From the NCBI RefSeq assembly GCF_006345805.1, contig NC_042999.1:93372001-93436000 (forward strand): a stretch of DNA of 64,000 bases. Reading direction: 5' to 3'. This document shows, in pieces, positions 1 to 14,111 of this stretch. This stretch comes from Octopus sinensis (taxonomy: Eukaryota). Position 1 is the stretch's first letter; the number at the start of each line of letters is the position of its first letter. Made by a program: the position numbers and the translations under genes. Under the pieces are notes generated by a model, which was given only the letters and a program-made list of their open reading frames with translations, made no database searches and had not been told where the DNA came from.

Positions 1-652
1 TATATACATTTCCATCTGCCTTCCTCTTCTTCAAGTTTACGAAGTCCGCCGTGAACTTTGTTCTGTTTTATTTACAAAATGATATTTCCAAACCTCCAGC
101 TTAATACGGTGATTCTTTTATCGCCCCACCGCAACAAACAAACAAGAAAAGACATGTAACCCTGCAACTGGAGACAGATAACCTACTATATTGAAAGAAC
201 TAAAACGCATGTTATTCACTTTTACATACTGATTGCATATATGAGACCTAAATAATATTAATAGATTTGTACAATGTTTGATAAATTTGCATGTCAATGT
301 ATCATTAAGCTGTGCTTGTTCGTCGGGCAAATAATTAGAAGACATTTGAAGTTTTTAATTCACAATTTTAGTAATGTTCAGTACTCCCCGAAAAACAGTT
401 GGTGAACCACACGGCATGTACCATGATATATTTCAATTGAAATTTGTAAAATCAATTGGTTTGTGAAAAAAAAAATAAAGGAATACATAGAAATATAAAA
501 ATGAAATGATAGACATTCACACATTATTTTAAACCATATCATTATAACATTGTTTTAATTGGCACTGAATGAATTATCAATGTGGATTATACATATCATT
601 TATGCCGAATTTATCTAAGATGTTCCGTTTATGTATTTGTTTTGTAAGATTC

Positions 653-872
653 CTGATGAGATATCTTGAGCTGAAACAGATATTGTCATAGTTGTGGATA
701 GTCAAAGTTTTGGCCAATTAACCACAAGCACAAAAGGTGCTAAAATGAAAATGAAAATAAAGCTGAAATGAAAACCGAGTAGATAGTGCGTGTGGTTAAT
801 TGGCAAAACATATGTCCATCCACTAATATAACGCTAATCTAATATGGTATTTTCGTCAGTGAGACTCATCAT
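653..872. repeat. Diverged inverted repeat with an eroded hammerhead-like core at each outer end (probable Penelope-like pLTR ends facing each other)
   Basis: Arms ~690-731 and ~786-828 are reverse complements (ttggccaattaaccacaagcac vs tttgccaattaaccacacgcac, 20/22). + strand CTGATGA(653-659)...GAAAC(673-677)...GTC(685-687); - strand ATGATGA-GTC-tcact-GAC-GAAA (872->851). Confidence 0.5.
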
Positions 873-1648
873 ATGCTTACTGTCAATTTTTATGAGACAA
901 TATACTTTGTGATTATTTGTAACTCAGTCGAAAAAAACATATAATATGCTGATAATATGCCTCATTTCAATTACAGGGATTTTGCATATAATAAAACACT
1001 ACATCGATAAATCCTTTTCATGTTAATGGGTAATGCAGGCCGTAGTAATATATGCAGTTACTCGCCGAAGGAGAGTTTTCAATTATGGGCCGACAGGGAT
1101 CAAGGCAATGCTATGACAGGAATGCTCCACGAAGGCAGTATTTTGTTTGTGTCAGAGATTCTCGCTGAAGCGTGAATAGAAAAATTTAGAGTTGGTGATT
1201 ATATATAGTGCAAAAAACTCGAAGGTACGCATATGATGTCTCCTGCACGTATTCTAGGAGTTGTATATATTGACTGATAATACCAAGGCCATACGAGACA
1301 GTCAAGCATATTTTATGGTATATCGTATGTATTGCTCACACACCAGGGGAGCAAATGACATACAAATACTTTCTGGTTTTCCCTGGCATGTACCCCAAGA
1401 TACTCCAACTAATATAGCACGAAATGTGAATATGATTTAACAGTTCGCTTGGGGAGGAACCTAACTGTATTATGGAAAATCTTACAATCCAGCAATTAAC
1501 TGAAAAAGCAGCCACAACGTTGCATATGAGTATAAATTATTAGATTATTAGAAGGGGTATTTGTAAATGACTTCGAAAATACTTTAGTGACCCGTAACAA
1601 GACGGAACCAATGAGAATGGAAAATGGAAACATTGAAATGTCTTACGC

Positions 1649-1772
1649 TATTTTCGTTATATATATACTTTATACATACATATATATATACTTTATACAT
1701 ACATATATTTTCGATATATATATACTTTATACATACATATATTTTCGATATATATATACTTTATACATACAA
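1649..1772. repeat. ~32-bp AT-rich minisatellite, about 4 units
   Basis: Repeated tattttcgatatatatatactttatacatacata units. Confidence 0.8.
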
Positions 1773-1978
1773 CTGAATTCAGAAATTTGAAAAATATATA
1801 CATAACATTGAACTCAGAAAGTTATTTTTAAAAAAATCATCGTGTGAGTGAGTATACATATACATCATCGTGTGAGCGAGTATACATATACATATACATA
1901 TGTGTGTGGAGAGAAAGAAAAGAGAAAGGAAAAAAAAAATGTAAACAGGTTTGACCTTTTACTGACTATTAACGTCCT

Positions 1979-2362
1979 TTGTCTCCACCATCTGCCCTAT
2001 CTATTTATAGACTCAAAGAACATGAATTCTTTAAGGTCGGTGTCCTTAAGGTCGCTCGGCTAGGAAGATTCCAAGCGAACCCAACCGCAGATACTAGACC
2101 ACGCCCAATAAGGGTAATCTTTTCTTCTGATCGGGAGGCTTCAGTCTTTCTGAACAGAGCTCAGACGCATGCCTGGGAGGACCCCAATATGGGTTTTCGC
2201 GAGGAATACTCACTAAGAGAGAGAATTCGCCGGAGAAACCTGATATCCGAACTAAAGATGAGGAAACAAATGGGAGAGAAGGGTTTACGAATCCAAGATG
2301 GACTGATAATCAAGACCTACCTCTGGTCCCATGCTGTAGTGCTGACAGGGAAAGTGATGTGA
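1979..2362 (+). pseudogene. CR1 ORF1 C-terminal fragment
   Basis: RPRPIRVIF...ERIRRRNLISELKMRKQMGEKGLRI resembles CR1/L2 ORF1 ends; directly abuts ORF2. Confidence 0.75.
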
Positions 2363-5149
2363 GGGCAAATCGAAGTGAAGTTGATACCCCCGTCAACGAT
2401 GCTATCTGTGATACCCCTTATTCTGCTTGCTCCCCAACTCCCGCCCCTCAGACTTCACAGCTCAGCATCGTCTACACCAACTCGTGCTCCTTATTCCCAA
2501 AGTTCAGTGAACTATTTACACTGGCCATACGTGACTCCCCTGAAGTGATAGCTATCACCGAGACTTGGCTGACTCCAGCAGTAAAGGACTCAGAAATCCA
2601 CCTGCAGGGCTACGTCCTTTTCAGATGTGACAGAGGAAAAAGGCGAGGTGGAGGTGTTGCTGTGTATGTTAAGTCTGAGCACAAACCGTCCAGCGGTATT
2701 CTACCCACTAATGCTCAGCCTACAACAAAATTCGATGCCGTCTATTGCAAGCTGAGCCTATCTGAGTTTTGCCTGCCCGTGTTGGCTGTCTACAGGCCGC
2801 CTCTTGCCGCCCCCAGGACGATGCTCATTTACTCGAAGCGATAAGATTCGTTTCAGCTTCGCATGACTGTTTGGTACTAGGAGACTTCAACGCTCCCACG
2901 ATCGATTGGCCCGCATCAATTTGTACAACATCTTCCCGGTTCGGCCAGGCCCTTCTTGACGTGGGTGAAGATTGTTTTCTATCGCAACATGTTGAATATC
3001 CGACAAGGCATCGGTCTGGGCAGCAGCCATCTATGCTAGATCTGGTATTCTCCCGCTATCCAAGATCAGTGTCAGACGTATCTGTGTGCGCCCCTCTTGC
3101 CAAGAGTGATCATGCGGTCCTGAAGTTCGTCATGCACACAACTTTTTCTACGCCCACGACTACTTCGCTGCCACGTAGAGTCTTCTCTGCAATTAATCTT
3201 GAAATTCTAACCGAGGCTTCCGCGCTTCTGGACTGGCGATACCTGATGACGTTGTCCTCAGTTGACGAACTATGGTCATCCCTCAAAGCATATGTAATCT
3301 GTTTGACTGACCAGGCAGTTCCCGTTGGGCTTCCCAAGAGGAAGAAACACAAGCCCTGGGTGACGAAGAGGGTTAAACGAGAACGTCGACTCAGAGATAT
3401 TGCTTGGGCTGAATTCAAAAATCTGGTTTCGACTGCAGCTTTTGAGGTGTACAAAACTCAACGAGACCGAGCCGAGAAAATTGAAAAGAAAGAACGCTTC
3501 AGTTACGAATACAAAATCGCGGCAAATGCCAGTAGCAATCCAAAAACCTTCTTTGCCCATGTCCAGCGGAATTCCCGCTTGAACAACCAGATTGCAACGT
3601 TGGTAGACTCAACAGGCGTATCGATTGAGGACCCTTATCAACAGAGTCAATTATTTGCCGAGGCTTTTTCAACTATTTTCAAACAAGATGATGGTCGTGA
3701 ACCCCCTCCATTTGATAGATCGGTACCTCCAATGCTTCGATTGGTCATCACGCGTGACGAAGTCAAACGTGTTATTCAAGGCCTCGATGTCAACAAAGGT
3801 CACGGCCCTGACAGCATACACCCACGGGTTATCAAAGCGTTGGCTCCGGTCATCTGCGAGCCCTTAACACGACTATTCAATATGTCATTGGCGACGGATG
3901 TTATACCTGCAGACTGGAGAACAGCGATAATCTGCCCAATTTTCAAGAAAGGGAGCCGCGAAGACCCGCTTAACTACCGACCGGTTTCCCTTACATCAAT
4001 TATCAGCAAGATGTTCGAAACCATCCTTAAGAAAAGTATGATGCTCCACCTCCTAAACACAGCCTCAATCTCTGATTCCCAACTCGGCTTCGTGCCGAAG
4101 AGATCATGCTTGACCAACCTACTAGTAATGGAAGAATTGGTGACGCGCATCCTCGATGATAGTGATGCTGTTGACATCGTTTTACTGGACTTTGCCAAAG
4201 CTTTTGACTCGGTAAACCACCGCCTATTGCTTGTCAAGCTTCAAGCATATAGTTTCTATCCGGATATTGTACGATGGGTTGGTGCCTTCCTCTCAGATCG
4301 CTCCTTCCAAGTCCAAGTTAATGGTTCGCGGTCCGACGTCTCCAGTGCGAGCAGTGGCGTGCCTCAAGGTTCAGTGCTTGGGCCCTTGTTGTTCTTAGTC
4401 TTCATAAATGACTTGCCCGACGACCTCACGCAACACACCCTTCTATTTGCCGACGATATCAAACTGGTCGCTCCTCGCGGTAATATAGAGGATCTTCGTC
4501 GATGCCCCCACCAAATTTGGAAGTGGTCTAACAATTGGGACCTGTGTCTGAACGTGTCAAAGTGCTGTCATCTGCCTGTCGACTCTACCCCTGCAACTCA
4601 ACTTGATTTCGAGCCAACAAAGCACGCGGAATTCTGTTCTTGATTCGACGGTCATTCGGAATGCTCACAGCAGCCATATTCCTACCACTCTATGTCACGC
4701 TGGTGAGACCCATATTGGAGTATGGGATTCAAGCCTCTTCTCCTTATCTCCTCAAAGACATACAGCATCTCGAAAGAGTGCAGAAGCTGGCTACCCATAT
4801 GGTTCATGGTCTCAAAACTTTGTCCTACGAAGAAAGGCTGAGGACGCTCGACCTTTATTCTCTTGAAAAACGTCGCCGCCGTGGTGATCTCATTCTCGCC
4901 CACAACATCATAAGCGGAAAGTGTAACCTCTCGAAAGAGCTGTTCTTCACTCCTGCTCCAGAGCGTCGGCTGCGGGGTCATTCCGAAAAGCTCTACCTGC
5001 GACGATTTCATTTCAATCGAAGGAAAGGAGCTTTCTCCGTCCGGGTTGCGGATCCGTGGAACAAGCTGCCAGACGAGATGGTGAAGATGCTGACGACCGC
5101 TTTGTTCAAAGCCTCCCTTGACCTCAAGTGGCCTGAACTCTTTACATGA
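2359..5149 (+). pseudogene. CR1 ORF2 (APE + reverse transcriptase), disrupted
   Basis: Three ORFs (2359-2844, 2769-4643, 4640-5149) join across a frameshift near 2810 and an apparent internal deletion near 4615: the LGV-containing segment expected before KARGILFLIRRSF is missing. Confidence 0.9.
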
Positions 5150-5213
5150 ACACCACCCTGTACTTAACTCCATGTCCCCCTACATGGCCTTGCTATTTGC
5201 TTTTGAGCCAAAT

Positions 5214-5241
5214 TAACTAACTAACTAACTAACTAACTAAC
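5214..5241 (+). repeat. (TAAC)7 3' tail of the CR1 element
   Basis: Direct reading of the sequence. Confidence 0.9.
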
Positions 5242-5246
5242 ATATA

Positions 5247-6416
5247 CACAGGCATGACAGAAGTAAAGAGGCACATATTTTTTGTTCGTGTTTGGAGCAC
5301 CACCTTTATAATCATTAAAATCTATTTAAATTTGAAATTATACATTCAGATTATTATTTTTTAATTGTTATAATGTGAATATTTAATATTTAGTAGACAT
5401 ACCCTCTGCATTTTCAATGTAAGGACGCTATTAAGCATGTTACTGATCATATTACGAATATTCTCTTTGAAGATGCCTTTTTATGTCCCAAAGGTGTTCC
5501 ATGCGGTTCATATCTAGTGACTGGCTTTGCCATGGAAGCTTTTTAAGGCCATTCCCATGCAACAAATCTGTGTTTATGTTAGCTCAGTCTTCCATAAATA
5601 AGAGTCTTCTTTAATTGTTTCACGGCTGTAGAAGATTGAAAGGGTTCCTTTCTGCAATATGGACACATATTTTTCTATGTTTATGTTTCGCTCACACTCA
5701 AAAAACTCTGATCAACCATTGCTCCAAATTGCTTCCCAAACCACCATAGAGTATCTGACATGTTTCATTGTTGGCTGCAGTATTTTCACATCAAACCGTT
5801 GATCACCGAGTCTCCAGAACCACACTCCACCACTAGAAGAAAATACAGTAAATTTGGACTCATCAGAGAATATGAGTGTCCAGAATTCTGGTGGCTTCTC
5901 CACCATCTCACTGGTTCAATCGTTTCAGCGCTTGATGTTGGCCTGTCGAAGAAGTGGCTTTCTTCTTGCAGTTCTGCCATAGTATCCAACTTTGTGGAGA
6001 TACCTAAGAGCTGTTCTGGAACTGACATGAACTTGTTCTGCTATGTCCAAGACCTTGCGACAAAGATGATTCTCCACACTCCTCTTAACAAAGAGAAGGG
6101 TCCTACCAGAGGGCTCTGGTTCACCTGAGCGAGGTGATGTGGTCTCCTTCTCCTCTCCGGTGACTTATTAAATATAGAGAGTGGTATCTCAAGGTTTTCT
6201 GCAATTTTACGCAATACAGTTTCAGAATGACCCACAATACGGCCTCGTTGAAGTTTATATAGTTTTATGTTTTGTTTTGTACGTGGTATGATGAAATAGT
6301 CACATATAGAACGGGAAATATAAGAATTTCAAGTAATAAAAAATATAAACCTTTACCAGTTAGAATAAATATAAAACTATGTTTTATGGGGCGTCTATTT
6401 ACGTCTGTCATGTGTG
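5247..6416 (-). mobile_element. Degenerate Tc1-family DNA transposon
   Basis: Transposase remnants (IFSDESKF, MVVW, SLDMNRMEHLW); degenerate TIRs cacaggcatgacagaagtaaagaggcac (5247-5274) and its approximate reverse complement at ~6390-6416; TA at 5245-5246. Confidence 0.85.
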
Positions 6417-6427
6417 TGCGTGTGTGA

Positions 6428-6471
<44 letters not shown>

Positions 6472-6640
6472 TATATATATATATATATAATATATATATA
6501 TATATAATATATATATATATATATTATATATATATACATGTATATATATGTATATACATATATATGTATATATATGTATATGCATATATATATATATATA
6601 TATATGTGTGTGTATATATGTATATGTGTGTATATGTATG

Positions 6641-6671
<31 letters not shown>

Positions 6672-6676
6672 CATAC

Positions 6677-6707
<31 letters not shown>

Positions 6708-6708
6708 A

Positions 6709-6761
<53 letters not shown>
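6411..6761. repeat. (TA)n/(CA)n compound microsatellite
   Basis: Direct reading. Similar tracts at ~8040-8190, 13500-13640, 13970-14110, 14460-14550, 22250-22710, 23920-24570, 36720-36910, 52245-52310, 54545-54600 and 58040-58160. Confidence 0.95.
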
Positions 6762-6764
<3 letters not shown>

Positions 6765-8110
6765 AAGGGAAAGAAAATTCAGAAAAAATCGATGTAGAAA
6801 TAATTTATTTGCATGTCATAAAATGATGAAAATTTCTTTTAAATATGCACAACAGTACAGACATATTGATTAGAAGTTCGATAAAAACTAAACTAAAAGA
6901 ACCTACATATATATGGTTCAGTCCTATCACATACTTGATCAGAAGTTCTATGAATTTGGTCAAATGCTAGGAAAAGTAGTATATTCAATTATATGGGGTA
7001 GGATTTTTCAGGGTTAATTATTAGCCCAGGGAACGAAACTTAGGTTACACACAAACAAACATCATATTACGAGTTTCAGGTCAGTGTAGAGCAATATTGT
7101 ATTGCACTTTAAACAAAATCACGATACTTATAAAGAGGTTTATCGCATGATCCACAAGGTGCATATGTTCAATAAAAAGGACAATCGTATAGAATATCAA
7201 ACCCGGTTCATTCAGTTTCTTTACGTTCCGAATTTAAATACCACTGAAATCCCCTTAGCTTTTGATCTGCTCTTGCTTGTTAAATTCATGAATTGTCCAG
7301 GATTCATGACAGGTGGTAAGGTTAGTATTTCTGATAGAATAGTTTGCGACATGATCCCATTCACACTTTATATCCTCCCATGAAAATCATTTTAGACTGC
7401 TTTGCCGTTTGCTTTTCTTTTGGCGAAATACAACTCTAAATTTGATTGCGTGGGTTATCTCTATTCTTGGTAAGAAATAGATCGGTAATGTCCCTAATGA
7501 GAGAATCTAATGCTGTATTGTATTAGTATAAAGGTTATTATGAATATAATTATCATATATAATACTGTCTACCATTTTTTCCAACCAACGCGAAATAGTT
7601 TAATTTGATTTGCTTGAAAAACTGCTGCATTTGTATATATGTGGGTCATGTGTGTGTGTGTGCATGTAAGCGTGCTTGTGCGTTTCATGTGTGTGTGACT
7701 TTGTGCGTATGCATACATATATAAATACATACACGCGCCCTCACTCACATATGTACGTATATATTCGGATGAGTATTTTTGAATATCTGTATGTTCATAT
7801 ACATTCGTGGAAAATTGTTTTATGTCTACTTGAAACCAACTGACTGAAACTAAATGTTTCCACACTTGTTACAGTCACATCACTCGAAACAAAAGCCTGA
7901 AAAATGAGTGAAAACATTTGCGTCAATCCCTCGGGTTTCATGTGTTGAAATGTTGAAACTTAATCATGTCTAGTCTATTGGCAACGGTAATTAGTTTTTC
8001 TCATACATACTGTATATAAACAAAGAAAGATATGTACGTGCGTATGTAAGTATGTATGTATGTATGAATGCATATATATATGTATATATATGTATTTATA
8101 TGTATATATG

Positions 8111-8193
<83 letters not shown>

Positions 8194-11100
8194 TAGATAG
8201 GTGAATGAATTATCCTATGTTTATCGTCAGCATGGAAAATTCATTTAACCGAAACCTGGGTAGCAAATTCACGTCAGAAACACGGTTGAAGCGACCTGTC
8301 CAAGGGTAGAAACTCCGGGTTCATGTGCAGAAATTTGTGTGTTGTATATGAATAAATGAAAGAATGGAGTCGAACGAAGATGTTAACAAAATTCCTTTAC
8401 TCTCGACATATGTTTCGAAGACAACATGGTTTCATTCCAAAGGAATAAATGGTGCATTATGCAATCTTCTCATCAGGAAAGAAAGGGAGCCTCTCTCGAC
8501 AACAAGACAAACAAAAATTTCAATGACTGCCTACATGGTAAACAACACGATAATGAGTGTTTTTTTAAAAAAAAACGGTAGAAGAATTGACGTCAAATAT
8601 AGATAGTAGGAAGAGAAGGGTTAAAGGAATAATAGGTAGGGAACAAGTGGAGAGGGAAGGGTACGTTGACTAAAAGAATGTTCGAAGGCTTAGGAAAGAA
8701 TTTTGCTATTGAAGTAGGGTGGACGTTAAGCTAATTGTTCAAACCACAGTGACTATCGTTATCATTTATATGAGTAGAAATGTAAACACTGGCAGAAACA
8801 TACGGTGCTTGATTCGGACTGAGTTGAGCTAAAACTTAAACAAATCGATAGTAAAACTTGAGAATAAGAAAAACTCAAACAGTGATAAATAGACATAAAA
8901 TAGGAGATAATAGAAAGAAAGATGTTGCGACACTTCCGGAATGAATTTATTTCTTGATCTCACAAAAAAATGTATCCACTTTAATCCACAAACCCGTAAG
9001 TATGTAGGAAAGAAAACTGAGCTACAATAACATATTTAAGGTAATTCATTTTATATTGGATGAAGTATTAAGAAGGGAAGAAATCAAACAGGGAACTTCT
9101 GCCTAGATGTAGAGCATTGACGATGTGGAGTTTTCTGGGAAGTTTGACGCATAATGAAATGAATGGAATGACTGACAAATATATTTCGAGCAAAATAGCG
9201 TTTACAGCCAAGGAAGATTCTGTCTGGAGAGTATCTAAGCGTGTATTATAGCGAACAAGGAGATATGTTTGGGGAATATACTTATGTGTGAGTGCATGTG
9301 TGCGTTTGTACAGCTGTGTCTGCATATGTGTGTAGAATAATACGTATCAGTAGTATATTGTTCCAGTATATGTGCTATGGGTGCTCTGTCCTCTTGTAAT
9401 TTGTGTAAATAAGACATAGGTATGCGGCTGAAAAACAGGCACAGTTTTATGTTGTATATTCAAGTTTGAAAATTTTCAGTTTATGAGCGATTTTATCAAA
9501 GAACAATACATTGGCTAGAAAACGTGTGTGAAGTGCAGTGCTGACGGAGCACTTATCAGGTCAGCATTATGGAGTCTTCCTCAGAAATTTGATTAGCACC
9601 AATCTATAGGTCTGTGTGTAACGGTGTATTACATGTACTCAGACAAGTTCTATGCAGTGGAACACATTTTTTTAGGTTTGAGCTAAGTGTATGTAATGTT
9701 CCTTTCATACAGATGTACCAATACTAAAGCAGTTAGCAAGAACAGCTCTTCTTGTTAGGAAGTTTATAACTTTAAAACAACTTGAATAAGAAAGAAAATG
9801 ATGTTTTATTGTACCAAGTTCATCATCTTCAATCGACAAAATTCATCTAATTAAAAATAAAGAGAAAATTTTAATGAATTTATTTGGTTAGTTTCTGAAC
9901 GCGTTTACAGCCAAGGTAAAAACATTTTCAGTTTATGAGCGATTTTATCAAAGAACAATACATTACGCCGTGTGCTAAACCTTGTACGTATTAAATGAAT
10001 TAAATTTAAGCTGTATAGGCTACGAGCATAAATATCTTAATTTTTTGAGGAAGGAAATGCAACAATGAAAAAAAAATGCTAAAGCAGCCAATACTAAGGT
10101 GAAATTTTAATTCCCTGAGGTATTGTCTAGTCTTTTAGAAAACCATTGTGTCATAAATATATAATTAAAAGTACTTCCCAACATAAATACGAGAACACAT
10201 ATAGGGTTAATGTAAATTTAAATGATAATATCTCTCAAACAAATAATCATGAAAATAAAATAAAAAAAGAATGTAACGTTTAAATAAATTGGAAGTGGAC
10301 TCTTGAAATTAGATCTAATGTGACAATTGAAATGAAAAGAAAATTAGAATATTACGCTCTCAACTTTGGCTTCAACGTAATTTAGATAAATATCCAATCT
10401 GTTTTGATTACCTATTCTAACAACACGTAAGTGCAAATCTCGCTTTTTCACACTGAATTTCTTTGAAGATTTTCTTGCAGACTACAAGCAAGGTTTGAAA
10501 AAGAATATAACTTCTTGATGATTCACATGAAAATGAATTATTACCTCTTGCATCAGTTTTGCATTATTTATTGTCTTCATTTTTGTTTCATAAATGCTTT
10601 TTTTTTGGTGGGAAATTATATATTGTAAGTTGCATTATTGTTCAATAAACTTAAATTAATTACTTTCATTAATTTGGTCAGATTATTCTTCGACACAATA
10701 AAGCAGAATTAAAATTTATCCTGATCGCAAGTATAAAAAAATCTTTCTTATTTTAAGATACTTGTGTGTGATTGTTTGTCGTAAACAAAAGGTATCATTA
10801 TTAGTCTTATTGTTTGTAAACCAAAGTTACATGCATTAACTTGAGCCTTGAAATTAAACATAAAATTACAAAACAACCTGTGTGACCAACGTGAGATGAT
10901 AAAGCTGTTAAACAGCATTTATTTCGATACAGTAACACCGAAGCTAATTCCACGTTTGCATACGAAATATTTGATCTTGAAAATAAACGTTTTACTGTAT
11001 TATTCAGTTTCCACTCTCATTTTATTCTATGTGTATTTCGATTCTAATCCTCATTTCCTTAGCTTAAAGGAAAATCATATTCCCTGAAAATGTGAAATTG

Positions 11101-11483
11101 ATTCACTGGTTTCCGAATTTATGGAGACACATAAAAATATATTTTCTTTAATGCAAATTTCTCGAAGCAATAACGAAGCAAATATATGTAATATACCTCT
11201 GTAGAAAGTCAGACATTTGCAGACAGATTACTTAAAATCCGATCTGCAACATCTGTAGAAATTGGGACCATAAATATAAATGAGTATAATTATATATTCA
11301 CCAGGATACTTTCCTTGGCTCAGCCCAGTTTCTCTTATCCAGTCTAATATTCAATCCTATTAACATTGTCCACGGAAACAGTTTGCCTTTAATTACCAAA
11401 AGTCAATGTGTCTGTTCACTTCCGTGTTCTGTTACTGGTCTCACGTTGCTTATTGCTGTAGCTGTTGTACACACTGTTTGCCT

Positions 11484-11720
11484 TTGTCATCATCATCATC
11501 CTCATCCTCATCATCATCATCCTCACGCCATCGTCGATGTCGTCGTCGTCATCATCATCTTTTTCCCCTCTTCCTCCTTCTTGTTCTTGTCCTTTTTCTC
11601 CTCCTCCTTCGCTTCTTCTTCTACTTCTTCTTCTCCTTCTTCTTCCTCCTCCTATTTCTCCTTCTCCCCCTCTCACACCTTGTTCGCCTCTCCCTGCTCT
11701 TCTGCTTCTTCTTTGACTTC
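11484..11720. repeat. (CAT)n/(CTT)n low-complexity tract
   Basis: Direct reading; source of the spurious poly-S/H/E ORFs. Confidence 0.9.
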
Positions 11721-12684
11721 TCTTATATTTTTGATGTTTTAATAATGTTTTTGGATCATTTTATTTTCACCCTCATTTTGTATTTCATTTTACAAATGGT
11801 GTTATATTTGTTTCGTTTGCTAAATATTTTTTTGTTTTATCATGCGTTTCACCATTGTCATCCACTTTCCTCGAACACGTCATGTGTTTTTGATGACCAG
11901 CAATTTTATAATGTGCTTATGTGAAAACTCCTTCAATTACAGAAATCTTCATGCTTAAGCCTTGATTGTTGAATTATTGCTACACAACATACAAATGAGT
12001 AATCTCTTGATCCCAATAGAGCCGAAACAAAAGTAGATTCTCTTAAAATCTGAATAGTAGTTTTACGTGCAATTATAACTTAAAGTAAAACAGGATTGTA
12101 GATTTAGAATTATTTTAATCTATTTTTATGCATAATGGCTTGTTATAAATTAGTTTTTTCATTGGTCGTTTGGACGAATTTAAACTGTTATATGTGTGAT
12201 TGTTCGTGAACGTGCGTGTACACACAAACACATGTATAGATACATGTATGAATACATATCTATATATACACAAATAAAAAAATGCACACACACATACATA
12301 TACATACATACATATATATGTATGTATCTATGCACACACATACACACACACGCAAACACACACACATACACACACTCACATATATATATACACACAGGGA
12401 CGATAAAACTTGTATCAGCGCATTAACAAAGAGTAATATTTTATCACAAATATAAACCCCTTTCGAATGCGTCCACCATGAATGACACTACTAAAAGGGC
12501 CTTAGGATAATACCCACGCAAATATTATAAACGATATATTCAGAAGAATTACTACTCATGAATTGATTGAGAGCAATTCCAGTCACTACTATTACAACCG
12601 CAACAGGTCACTTTGTCTATTGACCATTTTAGGGAATTCCACCAACGTCCTACCACTGTCATACCATTCCCGTTTTCTTCGTAT

Positions 12685-12925
12685 TCCTTCTCTTCTTTCT
12701 TCTTCTTCTTCTTCTTCTTCTTCTTCTTCTTCTTCTTCTTCTTCTTCTTCTTCTTCTTCTTCTTCTTCTTCTTCGTCTTCAACTTCTTCTTCTTCTTCTT
12801 CTTCTTCTTCACCGTCTTCTTCTTGTTCTTCTTCTTCTTCTTCTTCTTTTTCTTCTTCTTCTCCTCTCCTCATCTTCCTCCTCCTCCTTCTTCTTCTTCG
12901 CCCACTTCGCCTTCTTCCTCGGCTA
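12685..12925. repeat. (CTT)n / (GAA)n trinucleotide microsatellite
   Basis: Direct reading; a similar tract lies at 40545-40620. Confidence 0.95.
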
Positions 12926-13028
12926 CTGTTGCTTAAACAATCAAAACCAAGAACTCATATCTACTATTCTTTTAAGACTGTGACTACCTACTACCAAGCC
13001 TTCACAAGAGTAAAGGAGAGAAAGAGAA

Positions 13029-13059
<31 letters not shown>

Positions 13060-13278
13060 CAGACAGAAAAAAGGAAAATATCCCTTGTACTTGAAAATTA
13101 TGCAAATACTTTTTTAAAATATATCATTTAATCTTTCCACAATTTAATTGCTTTCCATGCTTTACTATAAGTTTAAAAAATAGCAAAGACTGAAAACGGT
13201 CTCTAAAATGTTCTTCATGATAAAATAATTTAAACATTTTCTATTTTGTTCTATTTTCCTTACACACACGCGCACACA

Positions 13279-13324
<46 letters not shown>

Positions 13325-13502
13325 TACATATATAGGTTGATAGATATAGATATGTAAGAAATATAAGACAAAGTAGAAGATGTTTAAATTATTTTATTAT
13401 GAAGAACATTTTAGTACCGTTTTCAGTCTTTGCGACTTTTAATTAAACTGCTCGTGCATATATATGTATGTATACGTTCGTATATGTAAGTATATCGTGC
13501 GT

Positions 13503-13618
<116 letters not shown>

Positions 13619-13968
13619 TGTATGTATGTATGTATATATGTATGTTTTTATGTACTATCCGAGTATATTCCACTGATGAAATCAGACCATTTTTTACGCA
13701 GAGCCAGAAATTCGGGATCTGGAATTATCCAGTAATTTGTTTGCTAGTTTGTTTTGTCGGTCTCCTCTCCAGGTGCTGTATGAACATTTAATGTGATTTT
13801 AGAGTCAGGTTTTGACTGCTTTTTCCAGCGTGGTGGTACATCATAGATACCCTAAATTATAATGTTAACAATAATTATTACGTTTGAAGATTTTTATTCT
13901 CATGTTGTCCACCTGATAAGATCGGTATTTAAATATCCATCTTATCCTTATTTATATAAATTTAGGTA

Positions 13969-14063
<95 letters not shown>

Positions 14064-14076
14064 ACCATATATATGT

Positions 14077-14111
<35 letters not shown>

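Larger units (their letters stand above)
1979..5241 (+). mobile_element. CR1-clade non-LTR retrotransposon, 5'-truncated
   Basis: ORF1 C-terminus, then AP endonuclease (IAITETWL, GDFNAP, LDLVF), RT (DFAKAFDSV, GVPQGSVLGP, LFADD) and CR1-type C-terminus (LVRPILEY, LERVQ, RRRGDLI, WNKLP); ends in (TAAC)7. Confidence 0.95.

Noticed and set aside
5185-5213. CR1 3' end (ggcctt...gagccaaa) resembling the family-A SINE tail
   Set aside because: The match is short and discontinuous, and other SINE copies vary at these bases.
8340-9900. Degraded PLE ORF
   Set aside because: Motif-like fragments occur on both strands in inconsistent order; I could not assign it reliably by eye.
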